From Octopus sinensis (taxonomy: Eukaryota): a stretch of 64,000 bases of DNA. Position numbers and translations under genes: made by a program. The stretch is taken from the NCBI RefSeq assembly GCF_006345805.1, contig NW_021831731.1, positions 124,001 to 188,000 on the forward strand, in the 5' to 3' direction. The notes under the pieces were generated by a model. That model searched no databases, had not been told where the DNA came from, and saw only the letters and a program-made list of their open reading frames with translations. Position 1 is the stretch's first letter. Each line of letters starts with the position of its first letter. Shown here piece after piece: positions 39,514-51,300 of the stretch.

Positions 39514-41559
39514 TTGGCCTTCTCATAATTTTTATGCAAAATTGCACAAACTCCAGAGCAGCAATAATAGAAACAGCAAGTAGTAGAAGCTGAAGCAGCA
39601 AGATCAGAAACAACAGCAGCAGCAGCAGCAATAGAAGCAACAGGCTGGGAATATTTCTACTGCCAAGTTGTACTGGACAGGAAGATCACCAATTCTTACA
39701 AAAGGAATGCATAAAACAAGTAATATGAAAGTATAGGAAAAAGTTGTGGTCGTCACAGCTGTAATTTAGAAGAGTGTATGCCATTATTGATTTCTAAAAA
39801 TCACAAGGACTAACATTTCGGGTATGGGTATAGTTGATTGAATACATCTAGAACTTAACTGATGCTTATTTCATCGATCGAACTTCATCGAATTTGAACT
39901 CAGAATGTAAAGATATATAACTAAATATTACAATGCTATTTGTTACCTTACTGATCCTGCCATCCATTTGATCGAGCTTAGCACTGACCAGGTGAAAACG
40001 CGATTGGGTCTTGATTCTTTGGTTGAATTTTCAGTGCAAACGTCTCAGTAAAGGCCTGATCGTCCACCGTATCTCACCTCATATATCACAACATAATGAG
40101 TTATGTGCTTAGACTAAAACAATAGAAAATTCATTTTAAACATCTTTAGAGTAGGTGACAAATTCCTTTTGAATCAAAATTAGAATATGTGTTCGATTCT
40201 CATGATGACAATTCATTTCGTATTGCTGATGTTTCCCAGAGAGACATGAATGTCACATTATTTACAAACTCTAAAGCATTTGCGGCTTCCCGCATGGAAA
40301 CCAATACGAGAAGATACACGATAATGCATCGCACCAAATATTCACCTTTCAACACAATAATGCATTTCACTAATTACTCTACTTTACTGGACAACGCTTC
40401 TGTATTACTATCTAAATGTCTTTTAAGACCGTTCAGTATTCACTGACAGATAAATATACACATAGCATCAAACTCACGAAAGTATGCACATCTACAAATA
40501 AATGTATACGTACACATAGTGGCCATATGCATGATAATCATGTGACCCTTTTCAATTAAGGTCTTTTGGTTTGTTATGTCTTCTTACGCATTCTCGTCTA
40601 CTTGAGCATATCTGCTTCTGGCTCTACTTCTATATAAATAGTAGAAAGACGGCCACTTGAATAAAATATCACAGTAATCAGCTGTTTGCGATGAATATAT
40701 TCGAAGGAAAGGTAAACTGTTCCACAAAGGCCTTTAGCAAAGTCCAAGTACCAAGATTCTTCATCAATCAAACTCTGTGGCGTTTGAAGTTAAAGCAATG
40801 AGGATAGGCCATCCGGAAGTGTCGACATATTCTCGATGTAGACAAATCATTTGTTATGGTTCACTTCATCAAAGTATAGGGTCATGTTGAATTTGGTTAC
40901 TGTGCTGAATGCACAGACAGCCTGAAGATCTGAACAGAATTTATGACTTTACCAAAGAACAGAGAATAAATTTTAGGGATAACATTGCTAGTACACTACA
41001 AGAAGATACGACAAAACGGTGGACTGTTTCGGAAGAGAAACTAATACTCAAGAAATAGCACTTCAAAATTACCTTAATAAATAGTTTTTACAGGTAACAA
41101 CCCTTAAAAAATATAAAACCTTATTTTCATCGTTAGATGAACGGGAAAGAAACGTTGTTTCTCTGATTATTTGTGTAACCGTATAAGTTTTAAGTTAAAT
41201 AGGAAACGTTATATATATAAAACAAAAAAAAACGTTATAAAACCCGGTGGTGCTACACACGACCTCAAGGACGCTGTTGAACAACTATGCACACACATAC
41301 AGTTATGCTCACACAATACAAAAAATGGATGTGGAAGAAGATGGTTTGGAAAAAAATAGAAAAATGGGGTGCAACGAAAGAAGGATTAGAGAAAAAAGAA
41401 GGGAGACTTGTAATTGGTGCAATGCATATGCATGCACATACGTAAACACACACATGCATATTCATACCCATACGCTTGCACACACATAAGCATTCACACA
41501 CCAGCAAACATTTAGGATTGTAAAGCAGCATCAAGGTATACAAGAGAGGAGAAAAAAAC

Positions 41560-42000
41560 AAACTGTTGTAATGAAACGTCTTTCGGATGGCAAGTCTTGC
41601 TGAAATGAAATTGGTTCTCAGATGTACTTTTGGGATAGTAGTTCGGTTGGTTGTTCAGAATTGAAGAGATCAGTATCTCCGGCTAAATGAGTGAAAAATT
41701 TGAAAAGGGAAGTGCTCTAGCTTTTGGAATTTAGTGTAAAAATTGTAATCTTTGATGCAGAGCTGATGGAGTCGAAAAAATTATGGGAAGGAAAAGAGGA
41801 TCTAGTGTGTGTGTAATCAAGAATAGAACAATCGAAGGAGCGAAAATCGGTCGGTTTGTAATATGCAGAATTATAAAAGTGGATTGTGTCGATATTCTAC
41901 AGAGATGTCAAGGAAGCCGTGACCTTATATGCAATGTACGATACTGTCTTGTCAGCTTCTTCCATATGCTTTTCAATCCCTAACATTCTTCTTTCATTTC
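41560..42000 (-). mobile_element. Decayed CR1-like LINE 3' relic
   Basis: Minus-strand remnants RPIF..DCSILDY and LEHFPF...AGD, resembling the CR1 C-terminus. Confidence 0.3.
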
Positions 42001-43539
42001 CTATGTAGAGAAGAGCCCTACTCGAATCTTTGGATTCAACAGTCCTCAAGGCACTCGAAATTATTCAATTTTAAGGACTTTAGCATCAAGCTATGCTCCT
42101 AAAAGGTAAAAGCAACGACAAAGTTGAAGAATTGCTGAAGACAGATTCAAACACCAGAAATATATATAATTTTTTCTTACGAACCATTCGAAAAGAAGCC
42201 ATACTGTGCATTATGTTATTGAGAAATATCTCCCGAATCTCCATTACTGCAACGACAACGATGTTTACTGCCACTAGGAGCCTCTATGTGGTCACTTTAA
42301 GTACTTGAAATAGCAGCAAAATCTTTCTCAAATCACAGTATACCGCAGTAAAAGAAAGAATGATATTATGTGACAATGCAGTTCTAGACACATAAAAAGT
42401 TAGGTTTTTCATGGCTGGAACGCTTTTTGGTTATAAATCTTCCCTGTCAGAACTGACTTGGAGCTACACTAAGGCAACTACAATTAGAATAATAGCAATA
42501 AAAGAACAGTCGCAACAATGCAAACGTTGGAGAGAAGAACATATCTAAATGTCATGCGTTACAAATGAGCAACAAGAAAAAAAAAAGATTTTAAGTAGGA
42601 ACTCTCTTCTCCACTGTACCAAAAGCACCACTAGCACCACCACCACCATACTACCGCAAAAAAAGTTAAATAAATTTCGGCAATGCAAATTAGCTTTCAG
42701 TGAAAAAGAAATCATTTTTTCCATATCTATACACGTGCAATAATAATAACTCTGCTTAAGAATAATATTTTAAATGAAGCTACTTATTTGATGTTTTTTA
42801 ATAATCTTTTTTTTTTTAGAATTTTTAAGTGCATGTGTGCGTATGTGTGTTAGTGTGTGTATCTGTGTGCGCGCATATGTATATGTGTGTTTCTGTGTGT
42901 GCGCATGTGTATATGTGTATACATGTGTATGACTAATGTATGTATGTGTGTAACTAAAGATACTTCTAGATTATTTTAACAAACGGAATATATATTTGAT
43001 TTGAGATAATTACAGAAAATCTCTGATAAGCGACACAAATTCGGATAAGCAAAATCAACTGTTATAAAAGAGCATTTCAAATTTCTACAACATGTAATAA
43101 GACTAATTTCATTAAAAGCCAATTGCAATTTTGTTTGAAGATACTGTAAACAGCATTAACATTGTCAAACTTTCAGGTCTTAATACAGGATTAACATTTT
43201 ACAAAGACGTTTTCGTAGTTAAGTTACGCTTTGTCGCTAGGATCTGTATCGGAAATTAGAAGAAAATTCCAAATATTCTATAGTTTGTAGGTTAACCTAA
43301 TTGATTTATTGAGTAAACGTTTCACGTTTTTATCATTTTATTTTATAAAATCTAATTTTAAATTCCGAATGGCATTAGATTCATGGAAATTTGAATTTTT
43401 TTCCACAAAATATAAAATGTCAATAAATTTCTTAAAATTTGCCAAGGATTCACTCTAAAAAGCTGCACCGCATGTGTGTGTCTTGTTCCAATTGTAGGCT
43501 CGACTAGCAGGTTCCAAATATACAGTATTACCACCATTA

Positions 43540-43696
43540 GCCCAAATTCCGCCGAGGTTGACTTTGCCTTTCATCCTTTCGGGGTCGATAAATAAAGCAC
43601 CAGTGTCGCACTGGCGTCGATGTAATCGACTTAATCCCTTTGTCTGTCCTTGTTTGTCCCCTCTATGTTTAGCCCCTTGTGGGTAGTAAAGAAATA
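43540..43696 (+). mobile_element. 5'-truncated SINE with 14-bp target-site duplication
   Basis: Core GAGGTTGACTTTGCCTTTCATCCTTTCGGGGTCGATAAA; TATTACCACCATTA at 43526-43539 and 43697-43710. Confidence 0.85.
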
Positions 43697-43786
43697 TATT
43701 ACCACCATTAACTCCAGTTATGTAGTGTATTTATGAAAATTAACTTCTCTGCAAATTATACTGACAAAGGAATTTGGGTACCTTAA

Positions 43787-44288
43787 CCCTTTCGTTACTA
43801 TATTTCTGACCAAAATACACCCCTCATGAGTTTCAATTAAATTCTAAAATAATCATGAATCTAGGCTTGTTTCATTAAATAACTGTAAATTTTTTTTCTT
43901 GTCTCAAAGTGACTTTAATTACAGGTAAATCCAGGTAAATTGAGCAAAAGGTAAAAATATAAAAATTTTAAATTGAGCAAAAGGTAAAAATATTAAAATT
44001 TTGTTTAAACATCACCATAGAAAATGAATCATCAGCTAATATTCAAATGGGTATGCAACAAAATTTTGATAAAGAAGAATTGTGCACATCACTATATCAT
44101 CAGTTGAATTTAATGCACAACAGGTGTACCATAAAGGTGGAATAAAGTGAAATACTGGAATCCACCGTAAGTTTGACCGAACTAAAGAGATCGGTCATGA
44201 ATAGGTAAATTCGGGCGAGTTTGGGCGGTTTGGTCACATTAACCAAAATTTTTTTCGGGCGGCTTTGGGCGGTTTGGTAACGAAAGGG
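43787..44288. mobile_element. piggyBac-type non-autonomous element (MITE, 502 bp)
   Basis: TTAA (43783-86) CCCTTTCGTTAC...GTAACGAAAGGG TTAA (44289-92); subterminal repeat TTTGGGCGGTTTGGT occurs twice. Confidence 0.88.
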
Positions 44289-45039
44289 TTAAGCGAGCGG
44301 AACTGACACTAATTTTGCAACACTATTACATATTGCAGATGTGAGTTTTTAAGTATGCAACACAATGAAAATACCTTCGAATAAAACACGGACAGCATAG
44401 CGTCTCATTTTTCCACCCACATAAAAACTGAAAGTTAATAATTCAAGAAGCCAAAGCGATGATCTACAAGCCATTTTCTATAACCGGAAATTGCAGATAT
44501 GAATAATAAGAGTAGGCTAACTAAAACTGATCACCTCCTCCTAAGAATCAAACCGGCAATGTAGATCCGTCACACTGTGAGATTGCCATACTCTACAGTG
44601 TGCGGACATTTACGAACAATAAATTATTAAAAGCTTATTTAGTCCTTTCTCCAAGCAGTCATGAATAAATAAAATTGTTTCCAGCCATTTCTTTACTCTC
44701 CATCTATGTATTTATGTGCATATATATATATATACGCATACACATACATGCATATATCGAGTAAAAGAAAGGGAGAAAGGAAAGAAGAGCAAGAGAGAAA
44801 AGAAAGACAGAAAGAGGGGAGAGAGAGAGAGCTGAATGGTTAAGACACTTGATTTACAACCACAACAGCGTTGCATCTTGGGGTGGGAAAGTGACTTATA
44901 CTATAACTAGACAGGTGGAAACCGTATATTTTATCGGATAAATTGTATCCGTAACTCGACTTCAATTATGTTATATTTTTGCTTCCATCTTTATACATGA
45001 ATATATATGTTCAATATGAGTTACCCTTTAGTATGTATC

Positions 45040-45800
45040 TAGAACAGAATCTGAGGAAATTTTATAAACAAACTCCGCAAACACTCTACATCCATGAAAC
45101 AGGGAGTTTAAAATCCCTATATACTAATCAAATTGCTTATAGTACAATAAACTCCTAGAGCGAAACATATAAGCATACAACCTTTAATAAAATACTTTTG
45201 TGAACATCAAAGCAAAACAATTTTCTATGCTAAAAAAGCCATGACATGCCTGACTGGTAACCCCCAACCTTACAAATGAAAACAGGAAATATTCTAAAGA
45301 ACAAACAAAAAGTAAAGATAGGACCAGCCTAAACATACTACCTATGTACATTATTTTGTAAACAAAAGTTGACACACCCAATTACTAAGGGGTTAAATAC
45401 TGGACTTTGTACCTTTAACCTAGATATTGTCAAAGTAGAAGAAATAAATCCTATAATAACAAAAACAAAAACACTGTCACCCCTTGCGCTTACCTAACAA
45501 AAGAGAAACACCCACAGGCTTGTTTACAAAGAACTACATGCATCAAAAAATTCTAAACAATAGCATGACCCCAAATTTAATCAATAAAATTTTTTCCAAA
45601 AAGCTACTTTCCATAACAACTGACTACAAAAACCTAATTATCACCCCACTCAAACCAACACACCCCAAAATGATGTTAATTCTACAGTATCTATATAAAG
45701 GCTCTAATGCATCGCAGTCCGACGATGGTTTAGATGGCCGAAGTTTCGAAGTCACTGTCAACAACATTCTTGTATAAAGTAAGACAATTTTACTCTACAA
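45040..45800 (+). mobile_element. Probable Penelope-like element tail (ORF end + terminal repeat)
   Basis: FINKLRK...GSLK-like ORF end near 45060, long A/C-rich tail, TATATAAA at ~45692, then a hammerhead relic. Confidence 0.4.
45715..45757 (+). ncRNA. Decayed hammerhead ribozyme motif
   Basis: CAGT-CCGACGA-T-GGT(ttagatg)GCC-GAAG-TTTCGAAG-TC-ACTG. Stem I is CAGT/ACTG with a GUC triplet; three substitutions restore CTGACGA and GAAACTTCGAAGT (palindromic stem III). Confidence 0.55.
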
Positions 45801-45867
45801 AGGTATAGAGTTCCCCATTAGATTAATGTAAAATTCTTTTTATTACAACTGAAAATAAAAACAAACA

Positions 45868-45985
<118 letters not shown>

Positions 45986-46241
45986 TCTATCTATCCACAC
46001 ACAAACACACACATATGTACACTAACACGAACGCATTTTTATGCAAAGTCATTCACGTACAGAATCATGTAGATTCAAAGAGTTACCACATGATATACAT
46101 TTCACAATAATTACTCTTTTGTTAACCACCAAGAAGTAGAAACGTTAACTATTCAAATGGATGAAAGGTGGTAAAGGAAAGGGCAACTCACGTGTGACTA
46201 AGACGAAATATCACATACATACATACGTACACACACACACA

Positions 46242-46287
<46 letters not shown>

Positions 46288-46322
46288 TACGCACACGCAC
46301 ACACACACATGCTCGCACACAT

Positions 46323-46570
46323 AAAGGATAAAGACTCCCTTTGGTCACGAATGACCATAAGATTGAGCCTAGAAAGTTACCTTCTCTCCACGCAACGATG
46401 TTGATGTTGTCCAAGGGAAAGGCAATGGCTAATACAACTTGACGCTAGTGACATCGCAACTCATTTCTACAGCTGAGTCAACCGGAGCGATGTGAAATAA
46501 TGAAATGAACGCAATACAAAAATACACACAGCTCGGTTCGGGAATCGAACTCACAACCTCACGACTGTAA
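46323..46570 (-). mobile_element. SINE relic with tRNA-like B box and RTE-like tail
   Basis: Reverse complement contains GTGAGTTCGATTCCCGAACC (B box) and the tail GGTCATTCGTGACCAAAGGGAGTCTTTATCC. Confidence 0.55.
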
Positions 46571-46639
46571 GTATATATATTATATATATAAGATAAACTT
46601 ACTTGGAAATGGATGCGTGGCGTTCAATCAAATAATATA

Positions 46640-46683
<44 letters not shown>

Positions 46684-46694
46684 CTATATATATG

Positions 46695-46758
<64 letters not shown>

Positions 46759-46763
<5 letters not shown>

Positions 46764-47346
46764 ATATTGGCAGGGCTTACTGCTAGGGAGTCGGCCGTAT
46801 GCTAGAAATAGACCATCAACGGTCAAACTACAAGGAAATTCTCTAGAGGAAAATTGATATTAAATTGATATTAAAATTAATATTAATTTATCTCCCTCAT
46901 TATTTAAATATTGAAATAAATACGTTCTCTAGTAATAAGCACGAACCGCAGTGAATTATTTACTGCAGCCCTTCGCCTCAGAAATTTATTAGCGCGCCAG
47001 AACCAAGACATTTGAAATTTTATCACTAGTGTAATCGGTAAAGCTACACACGTGTCTGTGCTGGCACGTAAGCTGGAGTTAGCTTCGCTGTTTACATTAC
47101 TATGAACGGATGCACTGAAGAAGCACGGACATTTGGATTGCATAAGTAATTCTCTTGTTAAGGCTGAAACCGAGGTATGCATTTAATTCTGTTTTTTATA
47201 TAAATTTTCATCTGTCATGCCCGCCAAAGTTGGTTCTGGTGTTCGCTGTATTTTTCCTCTAGAGAATTTCCTTGTAGTTTGACCGTTGATGGTCTATTTC
47301 TAGCATACGGCCGACTCCCTAGCAGTAAGCCCTGCCAATATACACA
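46759..47346. repeat. Perfect 95-bp inverted repeat enclosing ~400 bp
   Basis: 46759-46853 is the reverse complement of 47252-47346; an additional 46-bp direct repeat lies at 46861-46906 and 47401-47446. Confidence 0.92.
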
Positions 47347-47444
47347 TATATTAGAATTTTCTCTGACTCCTCAGATTTTTGTATGCTGGACTACTGGTTT
47401 TAAATTGATATTAAAATTAATATTAATTTATCTCCCTCATTATT

Positions 47445-47475
<31 letters not shown>

Positions 47476-47506
47476 TATATATATCTATATATATATATAT
47501 AAATAT

Positions 47507-48291
47507 AAATACGAAACAAAGGAGTTCAATACGCAAACAATGAGAGAAACAAATGGAAAACAGGACAAGTAATATAAAGAAGGACCCTTCATCTGTTGTC
47601 GGCTGTCTATCTACTCCTCATTTCGAACATTGAACGACATTATGAATCTTCGAAGACAGTTGCTCCTATAAGACCCAAAATAAAATTTGGGATTTATGGA
47701 GGGTTAAAGTTGGGAACAAAAACAGGACAGTGGAGATATACAAAGAAATCGAACAAAAACAAACATGGAGGGTCGTTGACCAGAACGAGGGTAAAATAGC
47801 AAATGCTGGAGCAATATATTCTTAAAAAGGGAAAAGATAGAAAAGAGAGATAGGATATGTCCAGTCTTTAGGACACTCTTGAAAGAAAAGAAATATGATT
47901 ACCCGAGGAAAAGAAAGATGGACGATGATCACGTACGGGCAACGAGAGAGAAAGTAAAGGAGAAAGAGGGGAGAGAGACAGATCGAAAACGGTGAAGGGG
48001 AGAAAAATGGAATTAGAGAAAGGATGCGAGAGAAAACGATAGGGGGAGAAAACAGCATAGAGTAGAGCCGCATCAAAAGGTTTAAGATAAACTTATTCTC
48101 TCTCGTTGCTTATGTTATTTTAGTACTTATGGGAGCAACTGTCTTCGAAAACTCATATTGTCATCCAATGCTCGAAAAGAGGAGTAGATAGATAGCTGAC
48201 AACCGATAAAGGGCTGTTATTCATGTTACTTGACCTCTTTTCATTTGTTTCTCTTGTTGTTTGCATTTTGAATTCATTCGTTTTCGTATTT
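47507..48291. repeat. Diverged ~165-bp inverted repeat around a purine-rich tract
   Basis: 47507-47672 versus the reverse complement of 48126-48291 (shared GGAGCAACTGTCTTCGAA...GAGGAGTAGATAGA...). Confidence 0.8.
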
Positions 48292-48393
48292 CAAGTTGTT
48301 TACTGTTGGTGATATCTTGTACCCATATATGCACGCACACACACACACACACACACAAACACACGCGTATAGAATGTTGTGTACAGAAGTTGA

Positions 48394-51300
48394 ATATTGA
48401 GAAAAGAGTCGTCAAAATTTTGGAAAAAATATTTTTAATTCTTCATTATTATCAGCGCTTTCTTTCGTTTCTAGAACTTATGAAATAAAATTTTGTGAAT
48501 GTACAAACAAGGTTTTTGTTTAGAAGAGAACATTGTTTTTTTTTTTTTTGGGTGAGGTTCCATGACAATGGAGATAGATAGAAATATAGGTAGGTAGATA
48601 GGCTGATAGATAGATAAATAGATAGATTGATAGTCAGACAGATAGATAGGTAGAGAGAGGGAGAGAGAGAAGGGGGTTCCCTCTTCCTATTCACCACTCA
48701 TTTATTTATTTACTCATTTAACATTGTATTGGAACGGGTTTAAAGATGGTGACCTCTTCAAAAAAGTATTTTTGCTGTGTTTCTCTTTTCCCCTCTTTTC
48801 TCTCCTCTTTCTTTCTTTCTTTTTCCCCTTTCTTTTTCTTTTCTCTGAGTTATATTTAGAATACAAAATGTACTGTCTCCTCTTTTCTTTGAAACATTCA
48901 ATTCTGAAGATAATGTTTTGACGAAATGTAGTTCTGCATGAAGAAAGAAGAACAAAACAAAAAAAAAACATTAGTATAATATTTACAAATTAAAGAAAAA
49001 ATAAATAAAATAAATATACCAAGAATCGTTCACTATCTATGAAAAAATTTATGGAGACAAATCTATTAAGAAAACGAAACCACAACTACAAAAAATACGA
49101 GGAAATCGAAAACAAACATAGACACCAACCCCAGAGGAACCTGACTAAAGCATTGAACTTTTAATTACCCAAGAGTACACGCGGAAATAACCTCCATCTC
49201 ACCCCAAGTACAGACTAGAAACACATATCCTACAATACATAACACTGCAAATAGCCAACACATGAAATCTAGAAGACAACCGTCAACCCGTAATTTCAAA
49301 CACCATAGATGAATAAATACAAACGAAGACAAATACAAAGGAAGACAAATCACATACAGATAACCACCAACCCGTAATGACATGTACCCTAGATGGATGA
49401 ATACATGGGAAGAAAGACAAATAAAATACGGACAGCACAGGTACTATAATATGAATAATAATCATCATGATAACTCAAGCAGCCCGCGATTTACATCCAA
49501 AAATACCATATGTCCTGAATGGCGAAAAAAGCAAGAAAGATGGGAAGAAAACAAAACTTATAACCAACAGAATTCGTATAAAAGATATGCACCATCCTCC
49601 CGCCTACATGGGAACCAGAATGCCGAAATCAGAAAATGAAGACACGGTAACACAATCCCTTTTTTAGGGAGAAAATACCTAAATCACGCACCGGACCCGA
49701 TAAAACACAAAATTTAAAATGAACACACAGAACATATAGACCCGAAGATCATAAATTTGTCAGATAAAAACCTCAGAAAGAATGAGATGAACCTTCTATT
49801 AAAAGGTTTCAAGTTTACCCCAACACCTACCCCTAATCTCATTGAACTGAAATCTGATATTGAACACTTCAACCGCCACCTCCAACTCATAGAATTCTTC
49901 AGCAGTAAGGATTTAAATGATGAATCAATAGTCAGAAATAAATCCCACTTTACCCCCTACAAGGGAAAGGACAAATATTTAGACACGTATATAGACATGA
50001 TTTCAAAATTTCCCCTAAATACCCACAGATGCAAACAAAACTTTTGTGAAGAAGAAAGGGAAGCCTTACAAACACAGAAGATTGACAACTTAATCATCCT
50101 AAAAGAAGCCGATAAGGGAGGGGCGACAGTAATCATGGACAAGGACTATTATAAAGATAAAATGCTGGAAATATTAACAAACCAAACCTACTACAAGGAA
50201 GAACCAAGACACTCAGAAAAAAACAAAACAATAATGGATAAAATCAGAAGACTAATCAATGAATTCTAAGATTCCTTCACAGTCAAGGAGAAAGATTATA
50301 TATGTAACTCTGTAATCAAAGATAGCAATTTCTACGGATTACCCAAAATCCACAAAAACTCTGAAATACAAAGTGCCATAAATAAGCAGAAGAACCAGTA
50401 TATAAAAATACTAAGGCCTGCTGACCTCAAACTAAGACCAATAGTTGCTAGACCTCAAACACCAACACAACAACCAAGTAATTTTTTTTAAAGATATAAT
50501 CCTCAAACTTTTGTGGCCTTTAATACCCAGTTATTTACGGGATGGCATTGATTTCATCTAACAAATCCCTCCCACTGTTGCAGAAGGTACTATACTTACA
50601 ATTTTTGAGTCATCAATCTCTATACTAATATACCTGACACTTTAGGCCTAGAAGCAACCAAACACTGGCTAGAGAAACATAGAGGATGGATTAATGAACG
50701 CTTCAAGACTGACTTCATCATAGAGGCCACACGACTAGTACTAAAAAAAATACCTTTAGATTCGACAATAGAACATATCAACAGTTAAAGGGCACGGCTA
50801 TGGGTAAGCAGTTTGCACCCTCATATGCAAACTTAGTTATGGCATACTTAGAAGAAAAACTTTGTGAGGAAGTATAAAAAAACTTTTGATAAGGAGTACA
50901 AGAAATATATAATTAAAAAGTGGAAACGCTTCCTTGAGGATTGCTTCTTCTTTTGGGACAGATCGAATGAAGATCTAAGTATATTTAACAATATACTGAA
51001 TACACTTCATCATCATCATCATCATCATAATCATCATCATTGTTCGACCGTGGTCGAGACAATGGAATTTACCATGCTACGCCAGACTTCACGGTCCATC
51101 ATGGCATTACGGAGGCCCTGTTGCTGGATGCCTGTATCCCTGGAGATTACATCAGGGTAGGAGAGTGTGCGCCCTCTGGTATTGCGAGTAGATGGCTTCC
51201 AGAGGAGAAGAGTAGAAATTACCTCTTTTTCAGCTCTACAACAATGTCCAGCAAACTGGACTCTCCTACCTTTCACAAGAGATGACACAGGTGGTAGTTT

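Noticed and set aside
39038-39640. ORFs with poly-T/A/R/G/P and an apparent signal peptide
   Set aside because: Every frame is a homopolymer run from trinucleotide repeats; the poly-L 'signal' comes from (TGC/TGT)n.
48150-48215. Possible type-II hammerhead (GCTC-GAAA...CCGATAAA-GGGC)
   Set aside because: Core degenerate in both arms and no stem I/III pairing.
48904-48935. CTGAAGA...GAAATGTA in the Penelope flank
   Set aside because: Stems I and II do not pair, and the other two copies lack the core.
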